From Podarcis liolepis (Eukaryota), in the NCBI GenBank assembly GCA_965112155.1, contig OZ218110.1: a stretch of DNA of 64,000 bases, one strand, 5' to 3'. Under the pieces are notes generated by a model. The model saw nothing but the letters and a program-made list of their open reading frames with translations, was not told the DNA's origin and ran no database searches. Below, one piece after another: positions 26,053 to 38,314 of this stretch (positions are counted from its first letter, which is position 1; every line of letters begins with the position of its first letter). Position numbers and translations under genes: made by a program.

Positions 26053-27333
26053 ACAGCGGACCTTGCCACCAAACTCTGCCAATTTGTCCTTACCCACAAC
26101 AACTTCAAATTCGGTGATGACCTGTTCCTTCAGATCAGCGGCACAGCAATGGGCACCCGCATGGCCCCACAGTATGCCAACATCTTCATGGCAGATTTAG
26201 AACAACGTTTCCTAAACTCCTACCCACTCAAACCTCTCTTGTACCTGCGATACATTGACGATATTTTTATCATCTGGACACATGGTCAACAGACCCTGGA
26301 CACCTTTCACCAGAAATTTAATGATTTTCACCCCACAATCAACCTAACAATGAATCAATCCATGCAAGAAATACATTTTTTGGACACTACTATAAAAATA
26401 CAGGATGGGCGCATAGACACCACCTTATACCGTAAACCAACTGACCGACAAATATATCTACATGCCTCTAGCTACCATCCCAAACATACCAAACAGTCCA
26501 TTGTATATAGCCAGGCACTACGTTACAGCCGCATCTGTTCCAATTCTACAGACAGAGACTCTCACCTAAGAGATCTACAGCAAACCTTCTCAGAACTAAA
26601 ATACCCAGCAGATGAAGTTAGACAACAGATCAACAGAGCCCGACTGATACCTAGAGAGAACTTGCTGCAAAACAGACCCAAAAAAGAAAATAACAGAACA
26701 CCTCTAGTCATCACATACAGCTCCCAAGTTAAAACAGTACAACACATCATCAGAGATCTACAACCTCTCCTGGACAATGACAGTTCTCTTTCTCAAGCTC
26801 TGGGAGGAAGACCTTTCATTGCCTACAGACAGCCACCCAATTTTAAACAACTCCTAACCCACAATAATACTACAACCAGGCTTAACACAGACACTGGCAC
26901 CAGAGCCTGCAATAAACCCAGATGCCAACTTTGCTGCCACATACACCCGGACAACACCATTACTGGCCCCAACAACATCACACATACCATCTCGGGACTA
27001 TTTAATTGCTCATCATCTAACACTGTGTATGCCATCAAATGCCAACAGTGTCCTTCAGCTCTCTATATTGGACAAACAGGCCAAATCTTATGCCAAAGAA
27101 TAAACAGACATAAATCTGACATCAAGAATCACAAAACAGAGAAACCAGTAGGAGAACACTTCAATCTCCCAGGACATTCTATACAAGATCTCAAAGTAGC
27201 TGTTTTACTACAAAGGAATTTCAGAAATAGACTGGAAAGAGAAGCTGCTGAATTGCAACTCATTACCAAACTTAAAACCATGGAGAGACCTGGTCTGAAC
27301 AAAGACATTGGATTCTTATCTCATTATACATGA
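26053..27333 (+). CDS. PLE RT C-terminal half plus GIY-YIG endonuclease (truncated, no native start)
   Basis: The frame stays open upstream of the 26149 ATG to the truncation point (TADLATKLCQFVLTHNNFKFG...GTAMG). Confidence 0.88.
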   Translation, partial: TADLATKLCQFVLTHNNFKFGDDLFLQISGTAMGTRMAPQYANIFMADLEQRFLNSYPLKPLLYLRYIDDIFIIWTHGQQTLDTFHQKFNDFHPTINLTMNQSMQEIHFLDTTIKIQDGRIDTTLYRKPTDRQIYLHASSYHPKHTKQSIVYSQALRYSRICSNSTDRDSHLRDLQQTFSELKYPADEVRQQINRARLIPRENLLQNRPKKENNRTPLVITYSSQVKTVQHIIRDLQPLLDNDSSLSQALGGRPFIAYRQPPNFKQLLTHNNTTTRLNTDTGTRACNKPRCQLCCHIHPDNTITGPNNITHTISGLFNCSSSNTVYAIKCQQCPSALYIGQTGQILCQRINRHKSDIKNHKTEKPVGEHFNLPGHSIQDLKVAVLLQRNFRNRLEREAAELQLITKLKTMERPGLNKDIGFLSHYT

Positions 27334-27513
27334 CTAAGCCATTTTTCACCTTCTCACCCCTTGCTTTTTCCTGTAAGACCTATTGCAGTCGTTAAGAGTC
27401 ATCAACAGGCTCATCTCAGCTATCTGCCAATCTCCCATTCCCACCACCCTTCTGAGTAATACCCCACCCCACCTTCTCACTATATAGGAGGATCTGGCAA
27501 CTTCTGTTTCAGT

Positions 27514-27551
27514 GTATCTGAAGAAGTGTGCATGCACACAAAAGCTCATAC
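27514..27551 (+). ncRNA. Minimal type I hammerhead ribozyme, core-mutated copy (GAAA>AAAA)
   Basis: GUAU-CUGAAGA-A-GUGUGCAUGCACAC-AAAA-GC-UC-AUAC. Confidence 0.78.
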
Positions 27552-27779
27552 CAAGAACTAACTTAGTTGGTCTTTAAGGTGCTACTGGAAGGAATTTTTT
27601 TATTTTGACTATGGCAGACCAACACGGCTACCTATCTGTAACTGGATCCAAAACGTAGAGTGAACCAAAATTCTCTGCCATTGCCAATTCAGGCAAAACG
27701 TGCATGTAATATTTATTTGATTATATTTCTGACAAAATCAGAAGAAGCAATAATGAGGGTGAAAATTATTGTTATGAAA

Positions 27780-28039
27780 GTTATTGTTTGGACACATGGG
27801 AGCAATTTGTCAAAGTACCAAAGTGCACATCCAATTAACCTCCTTTCTACATGAGCATCTTTAAAAAGCCAGTTTACAAAGGAGCTGCTACACAATATTC
27901 AGTCAAATCTGAAAAGCAGATGAAAGACTCTCAGATGACCCAAGGGATGCATGATCAGTCATAACCTAAAGCAGCTACCTCCCAAAAATGCCATTTACCC
28001 ACATTGAGCGCCAACTGCTCTTAAAGGGGATAGGTAAGT
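27780..28039 (+). promoter_or_regulatory. Putative OR promoter / non-coding exon 1 ending in a strong donor
   Basis: Conserved in three paralogs (~32690-32947, ~39835-40083). Homeodomain site CAATTA at 27832, O/E-like ACCCAAGGGA at 27938, AG|GTAAGT donors at 28034, 32942 and 40078; acceptors at 30078, 35023 and 41157. Confidence 0.55.
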
Positions 28040-30107
28040 TTTATTTTAATTTTAAAAAATGTAAATTTAATACTATCTACAGTTTTAAAAGTCTGACATT
28101 TCCCCCCTCTTTATTCACTGGCACACCACCTACATTTCTCTCTTACACAACAACATTCCCTTTGAAATCTCCCATTCACTGAAGTCAATGTCATTAAAGT
28201 GTAATAATACAAGCAGTATGCATTAACTGGGGGGCGGGGGCAGCAGTATGTCTGTGGGAAACATCAAGTCAAGACTTCCAAGATGTGGAAGTAACATGTA
28301 AGCATCTTTGTACACTTAACTGAGAAATCTGACCAAAAGAAAAATAATGAAATTGCAAGCAATTAGGGAAAAAGTGGTCTTACAACCAATTCATCCTCCC
28401 ACCTTTATACTTCTCCCATGAGTAGACACTAATGTGATAAATTAATTGTTTGCATGTTGCTGACTGCACCAGAATACAAATCCAGAGTAGGCTAGCAGGA
28501 GGACCAGCAGATCAGTTGGGGCTGATCCAAGGCATTCTTCTGGCTGAGGCAACATATAAGTCGGCACTCCCTGCCACACTCATCAGCATCTTACGCCACA
28601 CCAAAGGCTAGTTTAGGCACCACAAAGCAGGTCACATTACACAAACTTGGTTTATCCTCCAATAGTGTTTGCTCACTCTCCCAATTAGCAGCTATTTTTC
28701 TTATTTTCAAGCAAGTCACCTCCACACCAAGGGGCTAACATTGGATAAGACAGTTCCATAATTATTTCTTAAATATTAAGGCAGCTAAATACTAATGGGG
28801 TGCATGAGGTGTTAGGGGAGGGACAGTACCTCTGGTGGGGGATATGTCATGCTCCATCTGGGGTAGTTTGTTGACCTTTGGTCCCCAACTTGCACTCAGC
28901 TCTCACCTGTGCCTCCTAGGAGCTGTCAGCATGTGACAATGGCCACAAACATGGAACAGCTTTGCCTGGCCAGCTAAACCAGCTGAGGGTAGGCAATGGC
29001 TCTCAAACCCTTGGTGAATTAAGGACTTCCCCCGCATGCAAAGATTTAGCGGATCTGATTCTGGCAAATAAGACCAATGGTGGGTCCAGTGGTAGAGAAG
29101 GTGGTTACTGCAGGTGCTGTAGAGGGAAGTGGGGCAGATGGGGCTTGTCAAACTGGGAAGGTAGCCCATTTAGGAGAAGGAAAACTCTGATCCTAAACCT
29201 CTGCTGCCTTGCAGGATTTCTTCAGGAGATGAAAAGCTAAGAAGTAAACACTACACAAATCTGGAGAGCAGTCCCTCCGACAATTGGATGGTGGCTTGTA
29301 TGCTATTAATAATTGTGTGTAGAGTGATATAGTGAGCTCCTGTACTAGTCTTCAGATATGTTTTTGTGGGTCTATGATACAATGGTGCTGCGTTCATCTG
29401 AGAGCCCTCCATCTTCTAATGGGACCTGACAGAATATTGAGTAGTAGTTTTCTGTTTATGGGGGGTGGGACCTGCTAACTGTGAAAGGGGCCTGCTGTTT
29501 GGTGACCTTTCTGGGGCGGGCAAAGGAACTGGGGCAAATATGTTCACACAGTTTGTGGGAAGGATGGGAGGAAAGGCACAAGTATCTGCATCACCAGTGA
29601 AAATAGTTGATCCACCCTGCCTTCTCAGGATGCATTAAGTTTCATATTTCCTTCCACATCCAGCCAAACACCCAAAAGGAAGGCTATAAGTGAATACTGT
29701 GTGCAAATAATCTGGTAGTTTAATTGAGAACCCTGAATCATTGAGACCTATAGCTTGGTGGTGAACTCCTAGGACATAGATGTGCCTGCATGTTGGCTTC
29801 TCTTTTCTGAGGTCCCTCTGAATGCATAGATGTCAGGAGAAGAGATTATGGATATAGTCAGACCTTGCCCTGAACACATTTGCAACAGATATAGAGGCTC
29901 AATGAGTGGACAGGGATTCTCTCATGACAATACAGAGGGGTCAGACAGCCTGTCATCATATGTCTTCATTTCATATTTCAGCAAAGAAATATCAGCTTCA
30001 TTTGATTATTACACAGAAGGAGTCCACCTTAAATTAAACTGCTTACTCAATATTTCTTTCTATCTTATTCTGGTACAGGTAATATGTGAATATGCCCAGT
30101 GAAAAAA

Positions 30108-31046
30108 ATGCACAATCTTACCTCCATGTCTACATTTCTGCTGCTGGGATTCTCAGACATTCGAGAACTGCAGATCTTGCACTTCTTTGTGTTCCTAGCA
30201 TTGTACATTATAGCAATCATAGGTAATCTCCTCATTGTTGCTGCAATTGTCCTTGATCACCAGCTTCACACACCCATGTACTTCTTTCTACTGAATTTGG
30301 CTATGCTGGACATCGGAACAATTTCCGTCATGGTACCCAAATCAATAGTTCTTTCCCTTCTAAACAGCAGGTTTATTTCTTATTTTGGATGTGTTGCACA
30401 AGTTTTCTTTTTTATGTTATTCGGAACATCAGATGTTGCTCTCCTAACTATAATGGCACATGATCGCTATGTTGCTATCTGCAATCCATTACAATATGAG
30501 TCAATAATGCACAAAGCAGCCTGTATTCGTATGGTAGTGATTGTGTGGACTATTTGTGTTTTATATGCTGCGTTACATACTGGGAGCACCTTTGCAAATA
30601 CCTTCTGTTCTAATGCTGTTAATCAGTTCTTTTGTGAAATCCCACCACTACTGAAGCTCTCCTGCTCTAACTTCTACCTGGTTGAAGTTGGGCTTCTTGT
30701 GCTAAGCTCTGGTATAGCACTAGGTTGTTTTGTTTTCATAATCTTAACATATATGCAGATCTTTTCTACAGTGTTAAAAATCCCCTCCGTTCATGGAAAG
30801 AAAAAAGCCCTCTCCACTTGCCTTCCTCACCTCACTGTTGTCTCTGTGTTTCTTATAAGTGGGGTGTTTGCCTATGCAAGGCCTCCTAGTGATTCTTCTT
30901 CCGATCTGGATATAGGTGTGTCTGTGATGTACACCATAATTCCTCCCACATTGAATCCATTCATCTACAGCATGAGAAACAAAGAAATCAAGACTGCTTT
31001 GTGGAAACTCTTAAATTTTGGGAAATCTTCTAAAGTTTTCTCCTGA
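30108..31046 (+). CDS. Olfactory receptor, OR14-like, 312 aa
   Basis: LHTPMYFFL, MAHDRYVAICNPLQY, NQFFCEIP, KALSTCLPH, PPTLNPFIYSMRNKEIK. Confidence 0.96.
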   Translation: MHNLTSMSTFLLLGFSDIRELQILHFFVFLALYIIAIIGNLLIVAAIVLDHQLHTPMYFFLLNLAMLDIGTISVMVPKSIVLSLLNSRFISYFGCVAQVFFFMLFGTSDVALLTIMAHDRYVAICNPLQYESIMHKAACIRMVVIVWTICVLYAALHTGSTFANTFCSNAVNQFFCEIPPLLKLSCSNFYLVEVGLLVLSSGIALGCFVFIILTYMQIFSTVLKIPSVHGKKKALSTCLPHLTVVSVFLISGVFAYARPPSDSSSDLDIGVSVMYTIIPPTLNPFIYSMRNKEIKTALWKLLNFGKSSKVFS

Positions 31047-34000
31047 GTTGTTCTGTGAAAATGGGATTTTGTGGTCTTCGGTATGAGAATGGTTTCCTTT
31101 AAATAAAGCGCCACACACATTTCAGTAACCAGCAAACATTACTTCTATCACAAATATTACCCTCTGCCCACTCTAGCCTACATTGAATTTCTTTCATCCA
31201 TCATTTTTCATATGCATAGTTTGGCTACAGTCAACCTAATATCAGCTGAGTTATAATCTACGCAGAAATCAACATGACATTCTAATACTGTCTGAACTTT
31301 ATTGATTAGGTTCCTTTTCTAAACACTGGTGTAGGCCTCGTCCCTTGCTACTACCAATAACAATGGGTGAGAATTTCACCTCAGCTCTCATTCTAAACTG
31401 AATCTATCAAATTCACACTTTCAATATACGAACTTGACCACAAATTCAGTTCTCTGAATTTTCCAATGAAGTTTGCCCATAAGCCAATGTTTTAGAAAAA
31501 TCCATATTTTCAGGGAATTTATGTAAATAAATGGATATATTAGTGAACCTAACACAAAAAATGCTTCAAAAATGTGTGCATTAGTAAAAACTGCACGTAA
31601 ATATATTTATTAGAAGATATGCACACTAAAATGCTGAGGAAATGTCATGAGAATATTTTTTTAACAGCGAATTGCTCCAAAAATTGAAAATTGAATTTAT
31701 GGTTAGAAAAAGGTTCAACTGAGATAGGACCTTTCTCTGGGACCAAAGAGAAAATGTTTTTGGACAATGTCAAGGAGTTTCAAAAGACTGGAAATTATTG
31801 CTACTTTGCTTAGAGAAATTTGTTACTTTGCATTTTGTAACATTTTATTTTGTAACTAGTTTAAAACATTTTTGAAGTAAAACTTTTTGGAATTCATTCT
31901 TGTGGTGGAGCTTATTCTCTTCTATGGTGCACAAGATCCAGAGCAGGGATCCATTCTAATATCTCTAACAAGAGGTGCTGAGGGAAGGCACATTCCTTTC
32001 TATTTATGGAGCTTTCTAACCTGCCAGCAATGGCAGAGAGATGCCAGCCGGCTGTGCCACGGTTAAATGTGCCAGTGGCCACACTCACACAGAGTTCTGA
32101 TTGGCTGGGGCTGTCCAACAAGGGCAGAACCCCAGCAACAACAACACAGCTGCCATGACGCAGGGTGAAGGCAGCAACTCTCTGCCCCCTAAGCTGGCAT
32201 ATTGTTGTGACCCAGCTGCCCGGCTGCAATGCCGCCCACTGTGAAAGGTGAGCGGACTTGTGACACATCACTATGGGAAGTTAGTTTTTAAAATGTTCCC
32301 AGGAAGCAAGATGGCTGCCTACATTGATATCTGTATCTATAACTCTTTGTTATGACATGTGGTCCTTGGAAGCACTTTATATGACTTTTTTACCCACATG
32401 ACAGTCACATTACTAGCTGCTTTGACAATTTAAAAAGAAATAAGGCAGACTCTGCATCAGCTTTTAAATACATAAATATGCAAAACAGATTCATCTCCAT
32501 ATCTTTGTTGCAATCCGCACATGGGACCCAAAGGGACAAAATGTTTACGCTCACTCCAAAATGTAGAGTGAACCAAAATTCTCTGCCATTGCCAATTCAG
32601 GCAAAACGTGCATGTAATATTTATTTGATTACATTTCTGACAAAATCAGAAGAAGCAATAATGAGGGTGAAAATTATTGTTATGAAAGTTATTGTTTGGA
32701 CACTTGGGAGCAATTTGTCAAAGTACCAAAGTGCACATCCAATTAACCTCCTTTCTACATGAGCATCTTTAAAAAGCCAGTTTACAAAGGAGCTGCTACA
32801 CAATATTCAGTCAAATCTGAAAAGCAGATGAAAGACTCTCAGATGACCCAAGGGATGCATGACCAGTCATAACCTAAAGCAGCTACCCCCCAAAAATGCC
32901 ATTTACCCACATTGAGAGCCAACTGCTCTTAAAGGGGATAGGTAAGTTTTATTTTAATTTTAAAAAATGTAAATTTAATACTATCTACAGTGATAAAAGT
33001 CTGACATTTCCCCCCTCTTTATTCACTGGCACACCACCTACATTTCTCTCTTACACAACAACATTCCTTTTGAAATTTCCCATTCACTGAAGTCAATGTC
33101 ATTAAAGTGTAATAATACAAGCAGTATGCATTAACTGGGGGGGGGGGGAGCAGCAGTATGTCTGTGGGAAACATGAAGACAAGACTTCTAAGATGTGGAA
33201 GTAACATGTAAGCATCTTTGTACACTTAACTGAGAAATCTGACCAAAAGAAAAATAATGAAATTGCAAGCAATTAGGGAAAAAGGGGTCTTACAACCAAT
33301 TCAGCCTCCTACCATTATACTTCTCCCATGAGTAGACACTGATGTGATAAATTAATTGTTTGCATAAGCTGACTTAAACAGAAAACAAATCCAGAGTAGG
33401 CTAACAGGAAGACCAGAAGGTCACTTGGGGCTGATCCAAGGCATTTTTCTGGCTGCGGCAACATATAAGTCGGCACTCCCTGCGACACTCAATTCCCTAC
33501 TTAAAGACCACGAACGAGGCAGCATCTTACGCCACACCAAAGGCTAGTTTAGGCACCACAACACGATCACATGACACACACTTGGTTTATCCTCCGATAG
33601 TGTTTGCTCACTCTCCCAATTAGCAGCTATTTTTCTTATTTTCAAGCAAGTCACCTCCTCACCAAGGGGCTAACATTGGGCAAGACAGTTCCATAATTAT
33701 TTCTTAAATACTAAGGCAGCTAAATACTGATGGGGTGCATGAGGTGTTAGGGGAGGGGCAGTACCTCTGGTGGGGGATATGTCATGCTCCTTCTGGGGTA
33801 GCTTGTTGACCTTTGGTCCCCACCCTGCACTCAGCTCTCACCTGTGGCTCCTAGGAGCTGTCAGCATGTGACAGTGGCCACAAACTGGGAACAGCTTTGC
33901 TTGGCTAGCTAAACCAGCTGTGGGTAGCCAATGGGTCTCAAACTCTTGGTGAATTAAGGACTTATCCTGCATGCAAAGATTTAGTGGATCTTAATCTGGC

Positions 34001-35052
34001 GGATTGAGCAAACAAGACCAATGGTGGGTCCAGTGGTAGAGAAGGTGGTTTCTGCAGGTGCTGTAGAGGGAAGTGGGGCAGATGGGGCTTGTCAAACTGG
34101 GAAGGTAGCCCATTTAGGAGAAGGAAAACTCTGATCCTAAACCTCTGCTGCCTTGCAGGATTTCTTCAGGAGATGAAAAAGCTAAGAAGTAAACACTACC
34201 CAAATCTGGAGAGCAGTCCCTCCAACAATTGGATGGTGGCTTGTACACTATTAATAATTGTGTGTAGAGTGATATAGTGAGCCCCTGTACTAGTCTTCAG
34301 ATATGTTTATGTGGGTCTATGATACAATGGTGCTGCATTCATCTGAGAGTCCTCCATCTTCTAATGGGACCTGACAGAATATTGAGTAGCAGTTCTTTGT
34401 TTATGGGGGGTGGGACCTGCTAACTGTGAAAGGGGCCTGCTGTTTAGTGACCTTCCTGGGGCAGGCAGAGGAACTGGGGCAAATGTGTCAACACAGTTTG
34501 TGAGAAGGATGGGAGGAAAGGCACCTGTATCTGCATCACCAGTGAAAATAGTTGATCCACCCTGCCTTCTCAGGATGCATTAAGTTTCATATTTCCTTCC
34601 ACATCCAGCCAAACACCCAAAAGGAAGGCTATAAGTGAATACTGTGTGCAAATAATCTGGTAGTTTAATTGAGAACCCTGAATCATTGAGACCTATAGCT
34701 TGGTGGTGAACTCCTAGGACATAGATGTGCCTGCATGTTGGCTTCTCTTTTCTGAGGTCCCTCTGAATGCATAGATGTCAGGAGAAGAGATTATGGATAT
34801 AGTCAGACCTTGCCCTGAACACATTTGCAACAGATATAGAGGCTCAATGAGTGGACAGGGATTCTCTCATGACAATACAGAGGGGTCAGACAGCCTGTCA
34901 TCATATGTCTTCATTTCATATTTCAGCAAAGAAATATCAGCTTCATTTGATTATTACACAGAAGGAGTCCACCTTAAATTAAACTGCTTACTCAATATTT
35001 CTTCCTATTTTATTCTGGTACAGGTAATATGTGAATATGCCCAGTGAAAAAA

Positions 35053-35991
35053 ATGCACAATCTTACCTCCATGTCAACATTTCTGCTGCTGGGATTCTCA
35101 GACATTCGAGAACTGCAGATCTTGCACTTCTTTGTTTTCCTAGCATTGTACATTATAGCAATCATAGGGAATCTCCTCGTTGTGGTTGCAATTGTCCTTG
35201 ATCACCAGCTTCACACACCCATGTACTTCTTTCTACTGAATTTGGCTATGCTGGACATTGGAATAATTTCCGTCATGGTACCCAAATCAATAGTTCTTTC
35301 CCTCCTAAACAGCAGGTTTATTTCTTATTTTGGATGTGTTGCTCAAGTTTTCTTTTTTATGTTATTTGGAACATCAGATTTTGCTCTCCTAACTATAATG
35401 GCACATGATCGCTATGTTGCTATCTGCAACCCATTACAATATGAGTCAATAATGCACAAAGCAGCCTGTATTCGTATGGTAGTGATTGTGTGGACTATTT
35501 GTGTTTTATATGCTGTGTTACATACTGGGAGCACCTTTGCAAATACCTTCTGTTCTAATGCTGTTAATCAGTTCTTCTGTGAAATCCCATCATTACTGAA
35601 GCTCTCCTGCTCTAACTTCTACCTGGTTGAAGTTGGGCTTCTTGTGCTAAGCTCTGGTATAGCACTAGGTTGTTTTGTTTTCATAATCTTAACATATATG
35701 CAGATCTTTTCTACAGTGTTAAAAATCCCCTCCGTTCATGGAAAGAAAAAAGCCCTCTCCACTTGCCTTCCCCACCTCACTGTTGTCTCTGTGTTTCTTT
35801 TAAGTGGGTTGTTTGCCTATGCAAGGCCTCCTAGTGATTCTTCTTCCGATCTGGATATAGGTGTGTCTGTGATGTACACCATAATTCCTCCCACATTGAA
35901 TCCATTCATCTACAGCATGAGAAACAAAGAAATCAAGACTGCTTTGTGGAAACTCTTAAATTTTGGGAAATCTTCTAAAGTTTTCTCCTGA
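35053..35991 (+). CDS. Olfactory receptor, OR14-like, 312 aa (recent duplicate of 30108)
   Basis: Same motifs; 8 amino-acid differences from 30108-31046. Confidence 0.96.
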   Translation: MHNLTSMSTFLLLGFSDIRELQILHFFVFLALYIIAIIGNLLVVVAIVLDHQLHTPMYFFLLNLAMLDIGIISVMVPKSIVLSLLNSRFISYFGCVAQVFFFMLFGTSDFALLTIMAHDRYVAICNPLQYESIMHKAACIRMVVIVWTICVLYAVLHTGSTFANTFCSNAVNQFFCEIPSLLKLSCSNFYLVEVGLLVLSSGIALGCFVFIILTYMQIFSTVLKIPSVHGKKKALSTCLPHLTVVSVFLLSGLFAYARPPSDSSSDLDIGVSVMYTIIPPTLNPFIYSMRNKEIKTALWKLLNFGKSSKVFS

Positions 35992-37254
35992 GTTGTTCTG
36001 TGAAAATGGGATTTTGTGGTCTTCGGTATGAGAATGGTTTCCTTTAAATAAAGCGCCACACACATTTCAGTAACCAGCAAACATTACTTCTATCACAAAT
36101 ATTACCCTCTGCCCACTCTAGCCTACATTGAATTTCTTTCATCCACCATTTTTCATATTCATAGTTTGGCTACATTCAACCTAATATCAGCTGAGTTATA
36201 ATCTATGCAGAAATCAACATGGCATTCTAATACTGTCTGAACTTTATTGATTAGGTTCCTTTTCTAAACACTGGTGTAGGTCTCATCCCTTGCCACTACC
36301 AATAACAATGGGTGAGAATTTCACCTCAGCTCTCATTTTAAACTGAATCTATCAAATTCACACTTTCAATATACGAACTTAACCACAAATTCAGTTCTCT
36401 GAATTTTCCAATGAAGTTTGCCCATAAGCCAATGTTTTAGAAAAATCCATATATTCAGGGAATTGAATTTATGGTTAGAAAAATGTGCAACTGAGATAGG
36501 ATCTTTCTCTGGGACCAAAGAGAAAATGTTTTTGGACAATGTCAAGGAGTTTTAAAAGATTGGAACTTATTGCTACTTTGCTTAGAGAAATTTGTTACTT
36601 TGCATTTTGTAACATTTTATTTTGTAACTAGTTTAAAACATTTTTGCAGTAAAACTTTTTGGAATTCATTCTTGTGGTGGAGCTTATTCACTTCTATGGT
36701 GCACAAGATCCAGAGCAGGAAATTCCACTCTAATATCTCTAACAAGAGGTGCTGAGGAAACAGGAAGGCACATTCCTTTCTGTTAGTGCTTTGACTTGGG
36801 AAGCCTCACACAGATCCCATGTCAACTTGGGGAAATCCAGAATCCACCCTTCTGCCTCCCTCAAGGCACCCTGCTTTGGCTCAGGATGAATTTGGTATTT
36901 GTCTGAATTCACTGCACACATCCTTCATATTAAGTAATCCATGCTCTTTTACAAGACAAATATCACATAAATTGCAGGTCTCCAGCAGGATGGAGGACCC
37001 AGAGTGCTTCTACATAATACAGTGGGGTTTTCTTATTTCTTGGACAATAGCACAATTGGAGGTTACCAGAGTCTGTGTGACGGTAGCCAAGCTATCCCTG
37101 TCCATTAAAGACAATAGTTGTGCACCAGCTGAAGCTTGGCATAAGCACTTCAAGCCACTGACTCCTGATCCCAAGTGATTACGAACCTGCTCCTTTAAGT
37201 AACATTACTCCACCTGGTTGAACCAGTTAGAATATTCAAGGGCAGAAGACTGAA

Positions 37255-37580
37255 ATGTTATAGCCATCTTCAAATATCCAAATATCCAAAGAGCTGTCAC
37301 ATGGAAGATGGCACAAGCTTGTTTTTCACTGCTCCAAAGGGTAGGATTCAAATTACAAGAAAGGAGATTCTGATTGAACATTAGGAAGAACTTTCTGATG
37401 GTAAGAGCTGTTGAACAATGGAACCGACTACCTCAGAAGGTGGTGGACTATTATTCATTGGAGGCTTTTCAATAGAGGTTGGATGGCTCCCTGTCAGGGA
37501 TTATTTACTTGTTATTCCTGCATTGAAACGAGTTGGGCTATATGGCCATTGAGGTCCCTTCCAACTGTTCAATTCTAGGT
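37255..37580 (+). mobile_element. CR1 LINE 3' fragment
   Basis: ggaagaactttctgatggtaagagctgtt...ggtcccttccaact..attcta, CR1 3' region. Confidence 0.75.
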
Positions 37581-37941
37581 ATAATTCAATGCAACAATTC
37601 AAGCAAGAGGTAACCAGAACATGGATTGCTGTGAAAGACTATCTCTATACATAAATGGCAAGAGCTGAGTAATCAGTCAAAGCTGGCAGAATACATTCCA
37701 TGTCACCAAGTGACAATGGTGGATCAAAGATCTCCTTCAAAGTCGTGCAGTTGGCCCTTTTGATGGGGGGTATTGGACTGTAAAAAAATGGTCGAACCTC
37801 ATGGTTTGAAGCTTCATAATGATGATGAAGATGGTTTTACTGTACTTTTATCAGTGAGGTCAGGAAAAGCTGTGTGTGGTGGACATTCCTTTGGTCAGCC
37901 CCCTGAAGACTCAGTAGCCAATCACAGTAAGGTGAAGTGCT

Positions 37942-38314
37942 TGTTAGGATATTTCCGTTCCGCCTTAAAAAGGGGACAGGCTGTTGTGAGTCACAGCCTA
38001 TGTATTTCCTGTTCACAGGATGTTTCTGTTTTGTATATGCTTTCGTTTTCTCTCTGTGCCTGGACATCAAAGCAGGCAGTCATGTTTTCTCTTTGTTCTG
38101 ACCAACGCTGAATAAAGTTGTAAATAATGTTCTCCTGAGTGCATCTGTACGAACTCTGCTGATAGAGCGTGCATCAGTCCTTGGAATGTGGAAAGCTATT
38201 TCCGAGGCTTTTGTCGCTAATTGATTGATACTGCGTTTCTACGGGAGGTTGATGGATCGTCCAGAGACAGTGTGGGGCCATGATGGCTTTTGTCTCCCTG
38301 GCAGTATCCCAACA
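37942..38314 (+). mobile_element. Solo LTR (373 bp)
   Basis: TGTTAGGATA...TATCCCAACA termini, 5-bp TSD GTGCT (37937-37941, 38315-38319), AATAAA at 38111. Confidence 0.88.

Larger units (their letters stand above)
26051..27646 (+). mobile_element. 5'-truncated Penelope-like retroelement (Neptune-type)
   Basis: Open frame with GTAMG, YLRYIDD, Cys linker CNKPRCQLC and GIY-YIG (VYAIKC...LYIGQT). Perfect 13-bp TSD TCCAAAACGTAGA at 26038-26050 and 27647-27659; empty site at ~32555-32568. Confidence 0.95.
25614..36781 (+). repeat. Tandem segmental duplication of an OR14-like gene unit (copy A ~25614-32001, copy B ~32024-36781)
   Basis: Colinear near-identity with a 4945-bp offset at the ORs; copy A additionally carries the PLE insertion. 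Confidence 0.93.

Noticed and set aside
28790-29300. Possible retroelement 5' region, present in both duplicates (also ~33730-34250)
   Set aside because: Looks repeat-like, but no TSD, TIR or coding motif could be established.
29830-30102. 90-aa ORF repeated at 34775
   Set aside because: Repeated only because of the recent duplication; intronic and not preserved in the 41 kb paralog.
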